Source: Pseudomonadota bacterium
GTDB taxonomy: Bacteria; Pseudomonadota; Alphaproteobacteria; Paracaedibacterales; CAIOTO01
Direction: 5' to 3'
Assembly (NCBI GenBank): GCA_040387495.1
Contig: JAZKDQ010000015.1
Coordinates: 1,238 to 65,237 of the forward strand
Length of the DNA: 64,000 bases
The translations under genes and the position numbers were made by a program. The notes below the pieces were generated by a model. The model worked only from the letters and a program-made list of their open reading frames with translations, was not told the DNA's origin and ran no database searches. This document shows positions 1 through 10,950 of the stretch, one piece after another (within the stretch, counting starts at the first letter, position 1; each line of letters starts with the position of its first letter).

Positions 1-531
1 TAAAATGGCGATAAAAAGTGTGTTGTAAACGAGTGTCGTCACGCTCCAGCTTGATAAGTATAGTGCTATCAATGGTGATAAAGTTGATGCAATCAATGCT
101 GACAATGATGATATCCGGAAAACCTTTGCCATAACAAGCCATGTAAACAGTGTAAGCCCACCAAGCCAAGGGGTCAGTGCAAAATACACGCCTAATGCGG
201 TAGCTGCACCTTTTCCACCTTTAAAACGAAGCCAGACAGGGAATACATGTCCCAACACGGCAGCAAGTGCTACGCATGTCTCAACCCAGTTCGCCGCTGA
301 ATCGGGTGCATAATACGTATGAATAAGAATAACAGGAATAGCACCTTTTAATACATCACATACCAATGTAGCTATGGCAATTTTCTTATTTCCCGTTCGT
401 AAAACATTCGTCGCACCAATGTTGCCGGAACCAATATTACGAATATCACCCATACCTGACCATTTTGAAAAAAGAAGTCCGAATGGAATTGAACCAAGTA
501 AATAAGAAAATGCAATTAAAATATATGGCAT
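1..531 (-). CDS. plsY: Glycerol-3-phosphate acyltransferase PlsY (5' part; gene runs off the left edge)
   Basis: Not in the ORF track because there is no stop in the window. My translation of the reverse strand from the ATG at 531-529 gives MPYILIAFSYLLGSIPFGLLFSKWSGMGDIRNIGSGNIGATNVLRTGNKK...FPVWLRFKGGKGAATALG, which are the PlsY/YgiH signature blocks. Confidence 0.85.
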   Translation of the reverse strand, partial: MPYILIAFSYLLGSIPFGLLFSKWSGMGDIRNIGSGNIGATNVLRTGNKKIAIATLVCDVLKGAIPVILIHTYYAPDSAANWVETCVALAAVLGHVFPVWLRFKGGKGAATALGVYFALTPWLGGLTLFTWLVMAKVFRISSLSALIASTLSPLIALYLSSWSVTTLVYNTLFIAIL

Positions 532-609
532 AGTGCAAACTTTCTAATAGAATTACATAAAAAATACGATTATAATCCCTTTGAGTCAAGTATGGAAAAA
601 TAAAAACGT

Positions 610-1278
610 ATGATTATTGCTGTTGATGGGCCTGCCGGTGCAGGAAAAGGGACTATATCCCGCGCGCTTGCCCAACATTTTTCATTAAAATATATTGATA
701 CGGGAATTATGTATCGCGCACTTGCATTCAAAGCATTAGCTGAAGGTATGAATTTAGCACACGAGGATTCCTTGGTTTCTCTCGCAAGAACATTAACAAC
801 AGATGACCTTCAATTGCCGGAATTACGTATGGAAGAGGTCGGAAATGCAGCTTCAAAAATTGCAGTTTTGCCGGCTGTTCGTGAACAAATAACAGTGCAT
901 ACGCGACTTTTTAGCCAAGAAATTACCTTGCCATATCGTGGCGTTGTTCTTGATGGACGTGATATTGGTACCGTTGTTTGTCCTGATGCAGATATAAAGA
1001 TTTTTGTGACAGCCACACCGAATGTGCGTGCAGAACGTCGATTGGCTGAGATGATACGATCAGGAAAACAACCTCAGCAAAACATGTTAGAACAAATAAT
1101 AGAGAGAGATCATCGTGATCAGACGCGTGCTGCGTCACCGTTGGTGCCAGCCATTAATGCAACATTATTGGATACAAGTGAAATGACGATACAGGACGCG
1201 TGTCAACGTGCGTTTGCGATTGTTATAGAATATCAGAATGAGAATTGTGAGCGGTCTTTAGTAGATGTTTGTCGATGA
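610..1278 (+). CDS. cmk: Cytidylate kinase
   Basis: 222 aa. P-loop IIAVDGPAGAGKGT followed by YIDTGIMYRA and DGRDIGTVV, typical of Cmk. Ends in TGA at the expected length. Confidence 0.93.
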   Translation: MIIAVDGPAGAGKGTISRALAQHFSLKYIDTGIMYRALAFKALAEGMNLAHEDSLVSLARTLTTDDLQLPELRMEEVGNAASKIAVLPAVREQITVHTRLFSQEITLPYRGVVLDGRDIGTVVCPDADIKIFVTATPNVRAERRLAEMIRSGKQPQQNMLEQIIERDHRDQTRAASPLVPAINATLLDTSEMTIQDACQRAFAIVIEYQNENCERSLVDVCR

Positions 1279-1297
1279 GTTTCTTAGTTTGTTTGCT

Positions 1298-2164
1298 TTA
1301 TGCAACTATTCTTAATCTAGCTTCACTTTTTTCAAACAAATCAAGTGTGATATTGCCTTCACATACGGTGATTGCTTTGCTTGACATGGTAACCCGGTTA
1401 TCTTTGCATACCTCTATCTTTATAAAGCCACCACGTTTAGATGCCTGATACGCCATAAGTGATGTTTTACCTAAGCGTTCTGACCATAATGGAGCAAGTC
1501 TGCAATGTGATGATCCACATACTGGATCTTCAGGAATACCGACGCGTGGGGCAAAATAGCGTGATTCAAAGTCATAGCCTTCTCGTCCATGTGTAGTGAC
1601 AGATACAGCTCTGCAATCAAGTGATTCAATTAAAGTAAGATTCGGTGTGAGAGCCACAAGATCACTCTGGTTTTGTAGTGTAACGACATAAATTAATTCA
1701 TCACGCATTACAGATGTGATTTCAACTTCACCATCTGGGGTAATAAGGGCTTGCTTTAATGCCAAGGGCAGGGGGTATTCCACAAGTTTTTTCTGGGGGA
1801 AATCAAGAGTAATCCACTCATCTTTTTCTTTTGTAACCGTTAAAGGACCTGCTAGTGACTCAAACACAATTTTAGTTTTATTTGTAAAACCCTTTTCCCA
1901 AAGAATATGCGCTGATGCAAGCGTTGCATGTCCACAAATGGGGGCTTCATCGCGTGGTGAGAACCAGCGGATATGAAAGCGATCAAAGTCATTTGCTTGA
2001 ACTGGCAATCGTTTCACAAAAGCTGTTTGTGACCAATTGAGCTCTGCTGCAATTATCTGCATAAGTGTTGGATCTGGAAAATCATCAACAATAAAAACCC
2101 CTGCCGGATTGCCAGCAAAAGCACGATCTGTGAATGCATCAACAAGCCAAAAAGTTGTTCCCAT
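1298..2164 (-). CDS. PhzF-family isomerase-like protein
   Basis: The ORF track gives 1298..2200. The family-like N-terminus MGTTFWLVDAFTD..AGNPAGV starts at the internal ATG at 2164. ICGHATLASAHIL and the C-terminal CGS motif are typical of PhzF/YddE-like proteins. Confidence 0.8.
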   Translation of the reverse strand: MGTTFWLVDAFTDRAFAGNPAGVFIVDDFPDPTLMQIIAAELNWSQTAFVKRLPVQANDFDRFHIRWFSPRDEAPICGHATLASAHILWEKGFTNKTKIVFESLAGPLTVTKEKDEWITLDFPQKKLVEYPLPLALKQALITPDGEVEITSVMRDELIYVVTLQNQSDLVALTPNLTLIESLDCRAVSVTTHGREGYDFESRYFAPRVGIPEDPVCGSSHCRLAPLWSERLGKTSLMAYQASKRGGFIKIEVCKDNRVTMSSKAITVCEGNITLDLFEKSEARLRIVA

Positions 2165-2321
2165 GGCGATTATTTTCTCTGAGTTTTTAAATATATACAT
2201 AATATGGGGAGTAGACTTCTAAAAAACAAGAGTTTTTGAATGCATAAACACAAAAAAGGCGAATCTTAATAGCCTTTCTCAAAAAAAAAAGCGATAATCA
2301 AAGTTAGTTTATTGATTTTTT

Positions 2322-3020
2322 ATGTTTTGTAGTATGACATCATTTCCTGCTTATCCTCTTATAGCTCCATCGTTACTGGCAGCCGATCCTTTATGTCTTG
2401 AAGATGAGATTAAGGCGGTAGAAGCTGCAGGTGCTGATCTATTGCATATTGACATTATGGATGGGCATTATGTTCCAAATTTAACCTTTGGTCCCCATTA
2501 TGTAAAAGCCATAAAATCAATGACCAATTTGCCACTTGATGTGCATTTGATGGTGTCTTCACCTTCTGCAGTTGTGCCCTGGTTTCTGGACGCCGGCGCT
2601 AATTGGGTTAGTTTTCATCCGGAAACCGAGGCGCATCCATATCGCTTACTTCAATACATTCAATCTAATGGTGTTCGATCAGGAGTTGTGCTGAATCCTG
2701 GCTCGCATTGGCAGATAGTAGAGCCCTTATTACCTGTACTTGATTTTGTTTTATTGATGTCTGTAAATCCAGGTTTTGGCGGGCAATTATTTATCCCAGA
2801 AATATCTTTAAAAATAGCTCCACTTCTTGCGTTAAAGCCAGATCTCATTATTGAAATTGACGGTGGTGTAAATTCGAAAAATGCACCTGGTTTAATTGAA
2901 AAAAATGCACATGTCCTTGTGGCAGGTTCTTCTATCTTTGGACAAAAAGAAAAAATAGCGTTAAAATTATATCGTGTGGAAACATACCGTGCCGCAATTA
3001 ATACACTCCGAGGAAATTAG
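2322..3020 (+). CDS. rpe: Ribulose-phosphate 3-epimerase
   Basis: IAPSLLAAD, HIDIMDGHYVPNLTFG, DVHLMV, MSVNPGFGGQ and DGGV blocks. The true start may be the ATG at 2334. Confidence 0.93.
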   Translation: MFCSMTSFPAYPLIAPSLLAADPLCLEDEIKAVEAAGADLLHIDIMDGHYVPNLTFGPHYVKAIKSMTNLPLDVHLMVSSPSAVVPWFLDAGANWVSFHPETEAHPYRLLQYIQSNGVRSGVVLNPGSHWQIVEPLLPVLDFVLLMSVNPGFGGQLFIPEISLKIAPLLALKPDLIIEIDGGVNSKNAPGLIEKNAHVLVAGSSIFGQKEKIALKLYRVETYRAAINTLRGN

Positions 3021-3025
3021 AATTT

Positions 3026-4780
3026 ATGTTTAATTCGCTAAAAGGCATATTTTGGAAGAACCTTAGGCGAAGCCATGTTTATGGAGTTAGCTTGCTTGGC
3101 CGAAAAACGCCTCGCATTGGTCTTCTAATAAATGACCCATGGCAAGGAAACATTCATTTTGGTGAGGCGATACTATTAGGTGACTTACATTTAAATAATC
3201 GTCGTTTTACGTCCAGTGACATGTTGATTGCACTTGAAAAACCTCAAAACATCCATGAGCCTATGGCTGCTTACATGCAAAGTTTTATGTTTTTGTATGA
3301 TTTAAATGCCATTAGCGGTAATGCAGGTCGTAAGCGTGCACGGCAACTTATTGAACATTGGATACGATTACATCATTCATGGGCTCATAAAAGTTGGAAT
3401 TCTTTTGCATGGAAGCCAGGTGTCGTTGGGCTGAGGCTCTCTGTATGGCTAAGTTTGCATGATTTTTATGCAAGTACGGCAGATGAGGATTTCAAAAGAC
3501 TTCTTACGACAAGTTTTGACAAACAATTGCGTTATTTAAGACGCCATTGGATGGAAGAAAAAGATAAACTTCATCAATTTTGGGCACTTAAGGGTGTTAT
3601 TTTAGGAGAATCACTTAGAAGCGAAAAAAGGAACGTAGATCGTGTCGAACGTTATATGAATATTTTATCGGCATTAATTCACGACCAAATTTTGCCTGAT
3701 GGTGGCCATATAAGCAGAAGTCCGCTTTTGCATTGGCGTTTTTTACGTGATTTAATTGATATAAGAACAAGCCTAAGATCTCATTTAGGGACAAGTGTTC
3801 AATTAGAAAAAGCTGAAAAAAATTTGCAAGAATGCATTCAGAAAATGACGCCGTTATTAAGGTTTCTTCGGCATGGTGATGGTGGTTTGGCTTCTTTCGA
3901 TGGTACGTTGTCACCTTTTGCGCACGGGCTTTGCATAGGCGTTACTGCAGATGCCGTTGATAGTGTGTTGACACTAACAGATGCAGAAACGACGCGACCA
4001 CCGCAACGAGCGCCAGATAGCGGCTATGAACGTTGCGCAAGTCGCAATTCTATTGTTTTAGTGAATACATTTCCTGGTTCTAGTTATAATCAAAACCCGC
4101 CATATTCTAACGAAGCATTTCGAGAGCCAGGCCTTGAATTGCTTGGTATTGAGTGGAGCTTTGGTAGACATCGTTTTATACATAAAGGTGATGTTGCGAT
4201 TAAACTTAGTCCTAGTAGTAACTGTGAACATGATTTTAAAGATAAATGGGTTACTAATTTAGATCCCCAGCTGACTCAATTAGTTATAAAAAGACATAAT
4301 AAAGAAGGTCATAACTATATCGCTTTTGATGCAGAATATGTTGGCGAAGACACTTCCTTCTATTGGCAGCGCCATATTTATTTATCACCAAAAGGTGAAG
4401 AATTACGTGGTCATGATACGTTTCGAATTTCACATGATGCGACCATTGGGGTGCGATTTGAAATGAACCCGTTATTTACAATTGAAGGTGAAGGTGAAAA
4501 AATTTATTTAACGCTGCAGTCTGATACTAATAGTCGGCAAGGAAGGAAGAATGAGAAAACCCAGGAACAGCTTCATGTGAAACCGCAGGAGAAAAGCAAG
4601 CAACGTAAAACGGTAGAGCCTGAACGATGGTTCTTCCGTAGCATTGGGTGTGATGACGTTATTACGACGTTAGCAGACGAAGAAAACCGTACGTTGTTAT
4701 TAATAAAACAATGTGAAGCACACCGTTCATATACATTGAAGTGGTCTTTTAGTCAAACCAATAGTGTTAATGAAATATAG
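3026..4780 (+). CDS. Heparinase II/III-like family protein (alphaproteobacterial conserved type)
   Basis: 584 aa. LPDGGHISRSPLLH and LRHGDGGLASFDG match blocks I recall from the alphaproteobacterial heparinase II/III-like proteins. There is a basic low-complexity insert near the C-terminus. Family assignment is from memory only. Confidence 0.6.
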   Translation: MFNSLKGIFWKNLRRSHVYGVSLLGRKTPRIGLLINDPWQGNIHFGEAILLGDLHLNNRRFTSSDMLIALEKPQNIHEPMAAYMQSFMFLYDLNAISGNAGRKRARQLIEHWIRLHHSWAHKSWNSFAWKPGVVGLRLSVWLSLHDFYASTADEDFKRLLTTSFDKQLRYLRRHWMEEKDKLHQFWALKGVILGESLRSEKRNVDRVERYMNILSALIHDQILPDGGHISRSPLLHWRFLRDLIDIRTSLRSHLGTSVQLEKAEKNLQECIQKMTPLLRFLRHGDGGLASFDGTLSPFAHGLCIGVTADAVDSVLTLTDAETTRPPQRAPDSGYERCASRNSIVLVNTFPGSSYNQNPPYSNEAFREPGLELLGIEWSFGRHRFIHKGDVAIKLSPSSNCEHDFKDKWVTNLDPQLTQLVIKRHNKEGHNYIAFDAEYVGEDTSFYWQRHIYLSPKGEELRGHDTFRISHDATIGVRFEMNPLFTIEGEGEKIYLTLQSDTNSRQGRKNEKTQEQLHVKPQEKSKQRKTVEPERWFFRSIGCDDVITTLADEENRTLLLIKQCEAHRSYTLKWSFSQTNSVNEI

Positions 4781-4982
4781 TGTTTATATAGGACTGATTT
4801 AAAGTCACTTTTCTCGTTTTAATAAGTAAGGTGTTTTTCTTCGTTATTTTTAATTATTATTATAATTTTTGGATGCGATTTAATAGCCCATACATTATAC
4901 CTCATGATTTTCCATCTCCGCCCTTGCATATCTCCGTTAAAATGTTTATTTCTTAAACATAGCCTTATATATAAAAAGAACA

Positions 4983-7868
4983 ATGCAACAAACAATTCAA
5001 ATTCGTGGTGCACGCGAACACAATTTAAAAAATATCAATGTGGATATTCCACGCGATAAACTCGTTGTGATCACTGGACTTTCAGGGTCAGGTAAATCAT
5101 CGCTTGCATTTGATACACTTTATGCTGAAGGGCAGCGTCGTTACGTTGAAAGTTTATCATCCTATGCTCGCCAGTTTTTACAACTCATGGAAAAACCAGA
5201 TGTTGATTCAATTGAGGGCTTAAGTCCGGCTATTTCGATTGAACAAAAAACAACATCTAAAAACCCGCGCTCGACAGTTGGTACGGTAACCGAGCTGTAC
5301 GACTATATGCGTTTGCTGTTTGCGCGGGTAGGTGTGCCACATTCACCAGCAACTGGTCTACCGATTGAAGCACAAATCGTATCCCAAATGGTGGATCGTG
5401 TTATTGAGATTCCAGCGAAGACCCGCTTGATGCTGTTAGCACCGATTGTTCGTGGCCGTAAGGGCGAGTATAAAAAAGATTTACAAGATTTACTTAAAAA
5501 AGGCTTTCAGCGTGTTAAAATTGATGGCAAAATTTATACCCTTGAAGAAGTACCTGAACTTAAAAAAAATATTAAGCATGATATAGCTGTCATTGTTGAT
5601 CGTTTTGTCATCCCTGAAGGAGAAGATCGTCGCGAATTTATGACACGGTTGGCTGATTCCTTTGAAACAGCGCTTGCATTAAGTAATGGGTTGGTATGGG
5701 TTGAAAATGCTGATACAGCTGAATCAATCACTTTTTCATCAAAATTTGCGTGCCCTACTTCTGGTTTTACGCTTGATGAAATTGAGCCAAGACTCTTTTC
5801 GTTTAACAGTCCGCAAGGTGCATGCCCCACATGTGATGGCCTGGGTCTAGAGATTGTTTTTGATCCTAATTTGATTGTACCTAATCGTGCATTAAGTGTG
5901 CATAATGGCGCGATTGCGCCTTGGGCAGAAGAATCGAATGCTGGAAAACGTGTTACAGCTACTCGCGAATATTATTTGCAGATGCTTGAATCCGTTGTGA
6001 ATCATTATGGTGGGTCAGCAAAGGTGCCCTATGCAGAATTATCCGAAAACATCAAAAATGCATTATTATATGGTTCCGGCACTGAGCTTATTCCTATTGT
6101 TTATAGTGACGGCAATAAGAATTACATCACCAAGAAAATTTTTGAAGGTGTAATACCAAACCTTAAACGTCGTTGGCAAGATAGCGAAAGTGAATGGGTT
6201 CATGAAATGCTTGGGCGCTATCAAAATGAGCATGCGTGTCATGCCTGTGGTGGGTTGCGTCTTCGTCCCGAAGCATTGTGTGTTAAAATCAATGATAGAA
6301 ACATTGCGGAAGTTTGCAATTTCTCAATTAATGACGCTTATGAATGGTTTAACACATTAACCCTCACACCAAAACAAGAACAAATTGCCACCCGGATTTT
6401 AAAAGAAATACGTAATCGGTTGATGTTTTTGGTAAATGTGGGGCTCGATTATTTGACATTATCACGTGCAGCGGGAACACTTTCTGGCGGTGAAAGCCAA
6501 CGTATACGCTTAGCATCGCAAGTAGGGTCTAGTTTGACAGGGGTATTGTATGTTTTGGATGAGCCTTCGATTGGTCTTCACCAGCGCGATAATGACCGCT
6601 TGCTTGAAACGTTAAAACACCTAAGAGACATTGGGAATACTGTCGTTGTGGTTGAACATGACGAAGATGCTATTCGAACCGCTGACTATGTCATTGATAT
6701 GGGACCTGAAGCTGGTGCAAGAGGTGGAGAGATAATTGCTCAAGGCACGCCTGAAGAAGTAACTAATAATCCAAACAGTATTACAGGGTTATATCTTCGT
6801 GGCATTAAAAGCATTCCTATCCCAGCTAAGCGACGCTCAGGGCACGAAGGAAAATCTTTAAGTCTTTTTGGGGCGCGTGCAAATAATTTGCATAACGTGA
6901 ACGTAACGATTCCATTAGGTACATTCACATGCGTGACGGGCGTATCAGGCGGGGGCAAGTCAACTCTTGTTATTGAAACATTGTATAAAGCTCTATCGAA
7001 GGCAGTTGCACATGGACGTGAAATGCCAGGTGAACATGATCGTCTTGAAGGCGTAGACTTTATTGATAAAATTATTGATATTGATCAGTCACCGATTGGT
7101 CGTACACCGCGATCAAATCCGGCAACTTACATTGGCTGCTTTACACCGATTCGTGAATGGTTTGCTGGATTGCCAGAATCAAAAACACGTGGCTATGCGG
7201 CTGGACGCTTTTCGTTTAACGTCAAAGGTGGACGTTGTGAAGCATGTCAGGGTGATGGCGTAATTAAGATTGAAATGCACTTTTTGCCAGATGTTTATGT
7301 GAAATGTGACCAATGTCACGGTAAACGCTATAATCGTGAGACGTTGGACATCCAATACAAAAACAAAAATATTGCTGATATCTTAGATATGACAGTGGAT
7401 GAAGCTGTTGTCTTCTTTGAAGCGCATTCACAAGTGCGTGAGAAATTAAGATGCTTGCAAGAAGTAGGCCTAGGCTATGTCAAAGTAGGGCAGTCTGCAA
7501 CGACTCTCTCCGGTGGTGAAGCGCAACGTGTAAAATTAGGAAAAGAACTGTCGCGACGCGCAACAGGGAAAACCTTATATATATTGGATGAACCAACAAC
7601 TGGTTTGCATTTTGATGATGTACGTAAATTGCTAGAGGTATTGCATACCCTTGTTGATCAAGGCAATACTGTTTTAGTGATTGAACATAATCTTGAAGTG
7701 ATTAAAACGGCGGATTGGATCATTGATATGGGGCCAGAGGGCGGCTCTGGCGGCGGGCATATTGTTGCTGTTGGAACGCCTGAAAGCGTAATTAATGTTG
7801 AGAAGAGTTATACGGGGCAGTATCTTAAGCCATATCTTGAACGACATGCGTTAAAAGAGGCTATTTGA
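4983..7868 (+). CDS. uvrA: Excinuclease ABC subunit A
   Basis: 961 aa. Starts [12 protein letters not shown]... and has [14 protein letters not shown], two ABC modules (LSGGE.QR twice) and zinc-finger cysteines. Confidence 0.97.
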   Translation: MQQTIQIRGAREHNLKNINVDIPRDKLVVITGLSGSGKSSLAFDTLYAEGQRRYVESLSSYARQFLQLMEKPDVDSIEGLSPAISIEQKTTSKNPRSTVGTVTELYDYMRLLFARVGVPHSPATGLPIEAQIVSQMVDRVIEIPAKTRLMLLAPIVRGRKGEYKKDLQDLLKKGFQRVKIDGKIYTLEEVPELKKNIKHDIAVIVDRFVIPEGEDRREFMTRLADSFETALALSNGLVWVENADTAESITFSSKFACPTSGFTLDEIEPRLFSFNSPQGACPTCDGLGLEIVFDPNLIVPNRALSVHNGAIAPWAEESNAGKRVTATREYYLQMLESVVNHYGGSAKVPYAELSENIKNALLYGSGTELIPIVYSDGNKNYITKKIFEGVIPNLKRRWQDSESEWVHEMLGRYQNEHACHACGGLRLRPEALCVKINDRNIAEVCNFSINDAYEWFNTLTLTPKQEQIATRILKEIRNRLMFLVNVGLDYLTLSRAAGTLSGGESQRIRLASQVGSSLTGVLYVLDEPSIGLHQRDNDRLLETLKHLRDIGNTVVVVEHDEDAIRTADYVIDMGPEAGARGGEIIAQGTPEEVTNNPNSITGLYLRGIKSIPIPAKRRSGHEGKSLSLFGARANNLHNVNVTIPLGTFTCVTGVSGGGKSTLVIETLYKALSKAVAHGREMPGEHDRLEGVDFIDKIIDIDQSPIGRTPRSNPATYIGCFTPIREWFAGLPESKTRGYAAGRFSFNVKGGRCEACQGDGVIKIEMHFLPDVYVKCDQCHGKRYNRETLDIQYKNKNIADILDMTVDEAVVFFEAHSQVREKLRCLQEVGLGYVKVGQSATTLSGGEAQRVKLGKELSRRATGKTLYILDEPTTGLHFDDVRKLLEVLHTLVDQGNTVLVIEHNLEVIKTADWIIDMGPEGGSGGGHIVAVGTPESVINVEKSYTGQYLKPYLERHALKEAI

Positions 7869-7979
7869 TATTTTTTTTAAAATAGCTTATAGAGATTAGG
7901 CCTACCTAAAAAAATGCTCCCATTTTTAGGGAAGAACATTGTAAGATGAGTTAAACAAAATACATAATCTTAAAGCTAT

Positions 7980-8549
7980 ATGATGCAATTACCTTTTTCC
8001 GAACGTGATTTTTTATACATGACTTATGGTGCTCTTTTGGATGCTCCTGTTGAGCCAATGCGGATACACTATCATCAAGATCTCTATGCACGGTGGCAAG
8101 CTGGTGAACGTATTATATGGAACTGGGCTGCCTTTTTTTGCGGACTGGTGGGTCTGGGCGGTGTATGGATGATTTACCGTCGCTTATATCTCTTATCCTT
8201 TGTATACCATCTCATAACGATATTCTTATTTTCAACATGTGTTTATTTTTTTTCGCAGCATTTAGCTGATCAGTTTAAACTCGCTATTTTTTGCATTAAT
8301 CTTGCCCTTGCAGTTCTGAGTGGGTTATTTGCAAATACGATCCAACTTACATGGCTCGCTGCGTGGAAGCAGAGATTTTCTAAGCATAAAATTCCCCGTG
8401 GTGGCGATATGGGAACCGTCTTTGCTTATTTCTCAATAATTCTTATATCATTAGGTAATGTACAGGGGAAATTTTCAGCAATGCTCACAGTAATGCTCTT
8501 CAGTTTATTTGTGTTAGCCCATTACGTATATTATGAACATGAGCTTTAA
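7980..8549 (+). CDS. Multi-pass membrane protein, DUF2628-like
   Basis: 189 aa. The IIWNWAAFFCGLVGLGGVWMIYRRLY block resembles DUF2628, followed by several hydrophobic helices. The family call is weak. Confidence 0.5.
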   Translation: MMQLPFSERDFLYMTYGALLDAPVEPMRIHYHQDLYARWQAGERIIWNWAAFFCGLVGLGGVWMIYRRLYLLSFVYHLITIFLFSTCVYFFSQHLADQFKLAIFCINLALAVLSGLFANTIQLTWLAAWKQRFSKHKIPRGGDMGTVFAYFSIILISLGNVQGKFSAMLTVMLFSLFVLAHYVYYEHEL

Positions 8550-8553
8550 TAAA

Positions 8554-8835
8554 CTAGTGAAGTTCAAAACTAACAGCGGGCGTCACTATGGTATTAGATA
8601 TTAAATTTCCAGCAGTAGCTACACGAACAATTTCAATGCGACCATCAATATTTTTATGCCAGAACTCAATAAAGGCAGTTAACCGTGGGAACACTGGTGG
8701 AAGATCAAATTCCTGCCATAGGTATGTCTGGAGCAATAATGGATGATCAGGCAAATGGTAAATAATTTCCGCAGTTGTCAGGCAATAACCATTAAGGGCA
8801 CGGAAGAATTCACTTTCATAATCAGCTAAATGCAT
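8554..8835 (-). CDS. Usg-family protein
   Basis: The ORF track gives 8554..8871. A likely start is the ATG at 8835 (MHLADYES...). GYCLTTAEIIYHLPDHPLLLQTYLWQEFDLPPVFPRL matches the Usg (PF06233-type) block as I recall it. Confidence 0.65.
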   Translation of the reverse strand: MHLADYESEFFRALNGYCLTTAEIIYHLPDHPLLLQTYLWQEFDLPPVFPRLTAFIEFWHKNIDGRIEIVRVATAGNLISNTIVTPAVSFELH

Positions 8836-9012
8836 AAATACCTCCTGATTTATGAGGATTGCATAAAGCAAAATTCCGCAACTTTATATTTAAAGTGTGT
8901 ACTTTAAGTCTTAAAAATTCGTTAAAATATCAGGTTTTCGCATTTGTTACTGTACGCACGTAATTTCATCGCCTAAAATGCACTATGATTTAAATTGTAA
9001 ATGTGACTCTTA

Positions 9013-10950
9013 ATGACTCCTAGTTCTAATGCACTTCGTTTTCTTAGTATTGATGCCGTAGAAGCAGCTAAATCTGGTCATCCAGGTATGCCAATGGGTA
9101 TGGCTGATGTGGCAACAGTACTCTTTCAAGAATTTCTGACATTTAATCCAAAAGATCCTCATTGGCCCAATCGTGATCGTTTTGTGCTGTCCGCTGGCCA
9201 TGGATCTATGCTGCTGTATAGTTTGCTTCATTTGTGTGGCTATCCTGATATGACGTTGGATCAATTAAAAAACTTTCGTCAATGGGGAAGCATAACGCCA
9301 GGTCATCCTGAATATGGACACACACCTGGGGTGGAAACAACGACGGGGCCGCTAGGGCAGGGGCTTGCTACAGCTGTTGGTCTAGCGTTAGGTCAAGAAA
9401 TGATAGCTGCACGCGTTGGTCAAGACGTTATTAATCATAAAACATATGTGATTTGCGGTGATGGCGACTTGATGGAGGGTATTAGCCAAGAGGCTGTATC
9501 TTTTGCAGGGCATCTTAAACTTAAAAATCTTATTGTCTTGTTTGATGATAACGGCATAACAATTGATGGGAAGACGTCGCTTTCAACGAGTGATGATCAT
9601 TTAGTGCGCTTGTCGGCGAGTGGTTGGAAGACAACAGCGATCGATGGGCATGATGAACAAGCCATCCGCGAAGCCCTGATGTGGGCGCAAACAAATGATG
9701 CACCGACATTGATTGCATGCAAGACGACGATTGCTTTTGGTGCACCAACGAAGGCGGGCACATCGGCAAGTCACGGTAGTCCACTTGGAGTGGATGAAAT
9801 TCAAAGAACACGCGAAAAACTTAATTGGCCGCATGCACCATTCGAAGTACCAGATGATGTGCGTGCTGTTTGGATGAAAGCATCGATGCGCCACCTCCCA
9901 ACATATGGCGCATGGATGGCAAAGTTTAAAGGGTTGCCGGCTGAAGCAAAACACTTGCTGACTGCAGATAAAGCTACTGCCGATGTTACTGCATTAAAGC
10001 AAACTTTTCTGGATGAAAAACCAAATCAAGCGACACGTATTTTGTCACAGCGTGTGCTTGATGCATTGTCGCCTGTTATGCCTCACCTTGTTGGTGGGTC
10101 GGCTGATTTAACGGGATCAAATAATACGAAAGCAAAAGGTCAGGCGCCAGTTGATGCCGAGGACTTTAGTGGCAGTTACATCTATTTTGGCATTCGTGAA
10201 CACGCAATGGCGGCAATGCTTAATGGGCTTTCTTTATATGGATTTACACCCTACGGCGGTACGTTCTTAGTGTTTAGTGATTATTTACGCCCAAGTCTTC
10301 GCTTGTCAGCATTGATGAAGCAACCTGTGATTTATGTGCTTACACACGATTCCATCGGCCTTGGTGAAGATGGTCCAACGCACCAACCAGTTGAGCATTT
10401 AGCCGCATTACGTGCGATTCCAAACCTGAATGTATTTCGCCCTGCGGATAGTATTGAAACGGCAGAATGTTGGGAACTGGCATTAAATACGCATGAGACA
10501 CCAAGTGTACTTGCGCTAACGCGTCAAAATTTACCAACGTTAAGATCTACTGCTCATGAAAACCTCACCTCATTCGGTGGATATATTATTTCTGAGGCAA
10601 AAGAACCACGTCAGGCAACGTTGATTGCAACAGGGTCAGAAGTATCACTCGCCATTGAAGCTCAATCTGCATTGCACGTCCTAGGTTTTAACGTGGCTGT
10701 TGTATCAATGCCTTGTTTTGAGTTATTTGCACAGCAAACACCTGAGTATCGAGCCACTGTATTAGGAGATGTGCCACGCATTGGTATCGAAGCTGCCGAG
10801 GAGATGGGCTGGTCTAAGTACTTAAGAGAAACCGATACATTCATTGGTATGATTGGATTTGGTGCATCAGCACCTGCAAGCACATTATTTGAAAAATTTG
10901 GAATTACACAACAGGCTATTATTGAAGCCGTAAAAAGGAGAATTGCATAA
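9013..10950 (+). CDS. tkt: Transketolase
   Basis: 645 aa. SGHPGMPMGMADV, GDGDLMEGIS, HDSIGLGEDGPTHQPVE. The stop overlaps the gap start by 1 nt (TAATG). Confidence 0.95.
   Translation: MTPSSNALRFLSIDAVEAAKSGHPGMPMGMADVATVLFQEFLTFNPKDPHWPNRDRFVLSAGHGSMLLYSLLHLCGYPDMTLDQLKNFRQWGSITPGHPEYGHTPGVETTTGPLGQGLATAVGLALGQEMIAARVGQDVINHKTYVICGDGDLMEGISQEAVSFAGHLKLKNLIVLFDDNGITIDGKTSLSTSDDHLVRLSASGWKTTAIDGHDEQAIREALMWAQTNDAPTLIACKTTIAFGAPTKAGTSASHGSPLGVDEIQRTREKLNWPHAPFEVPDDVRAVWMKASMRHLPTYGAWMAKFKGLPAEAKHLLTADKATADVTALKQTFLDEKPNQATRILSQRVLDALSPVMPHLVGGSADLTGSNNTKAKGQAPVDAEDFSGSYIYFGIREHAMAAMLNGLSLYGFTPYGGTFLVFSDYLRPSLRLSALMKQPVIYVLTHDSIGLGEDGPTHQPVEHLAALRAIPNLNVFRPADSIETAECWELALNTHETPSVLALTRQNLPTLRSTAHENLTSFGGYIISEAKEPRQATLIATGSEVSLAIEAQSALHVLGFNVAVVSMPCFELFAQQTPEYRATVLGDVPRIGIEAAEEMGWSKYLRETDTFIGMIGFGASAPASTLFEKFGITQQAIIEAVKRRIA

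Noticed and set aside
2255-2277. The hairpin AAAGGC-n11-GCCTTT is flanked by A10 and T-runs between the PhzF-like gene and rpe.
   Set aside because: The stem is short at 6 bp, and the hairpin sits between divergent gene starts where no terminator is needed. It is possibly incidental.
4781-4982. I looked for an alphaproteobacterial SOS box (GTTC-N7-GTTC or GAAC-N7-GAAC) upstream of uvrA. I also looked at the 64-aa ORF 4819..5013.
   Set aside because: There is only a single GAAC near the start codon and no second half-site. The ORF overlaps the uvrA start on the opposite strand and looks spurious.
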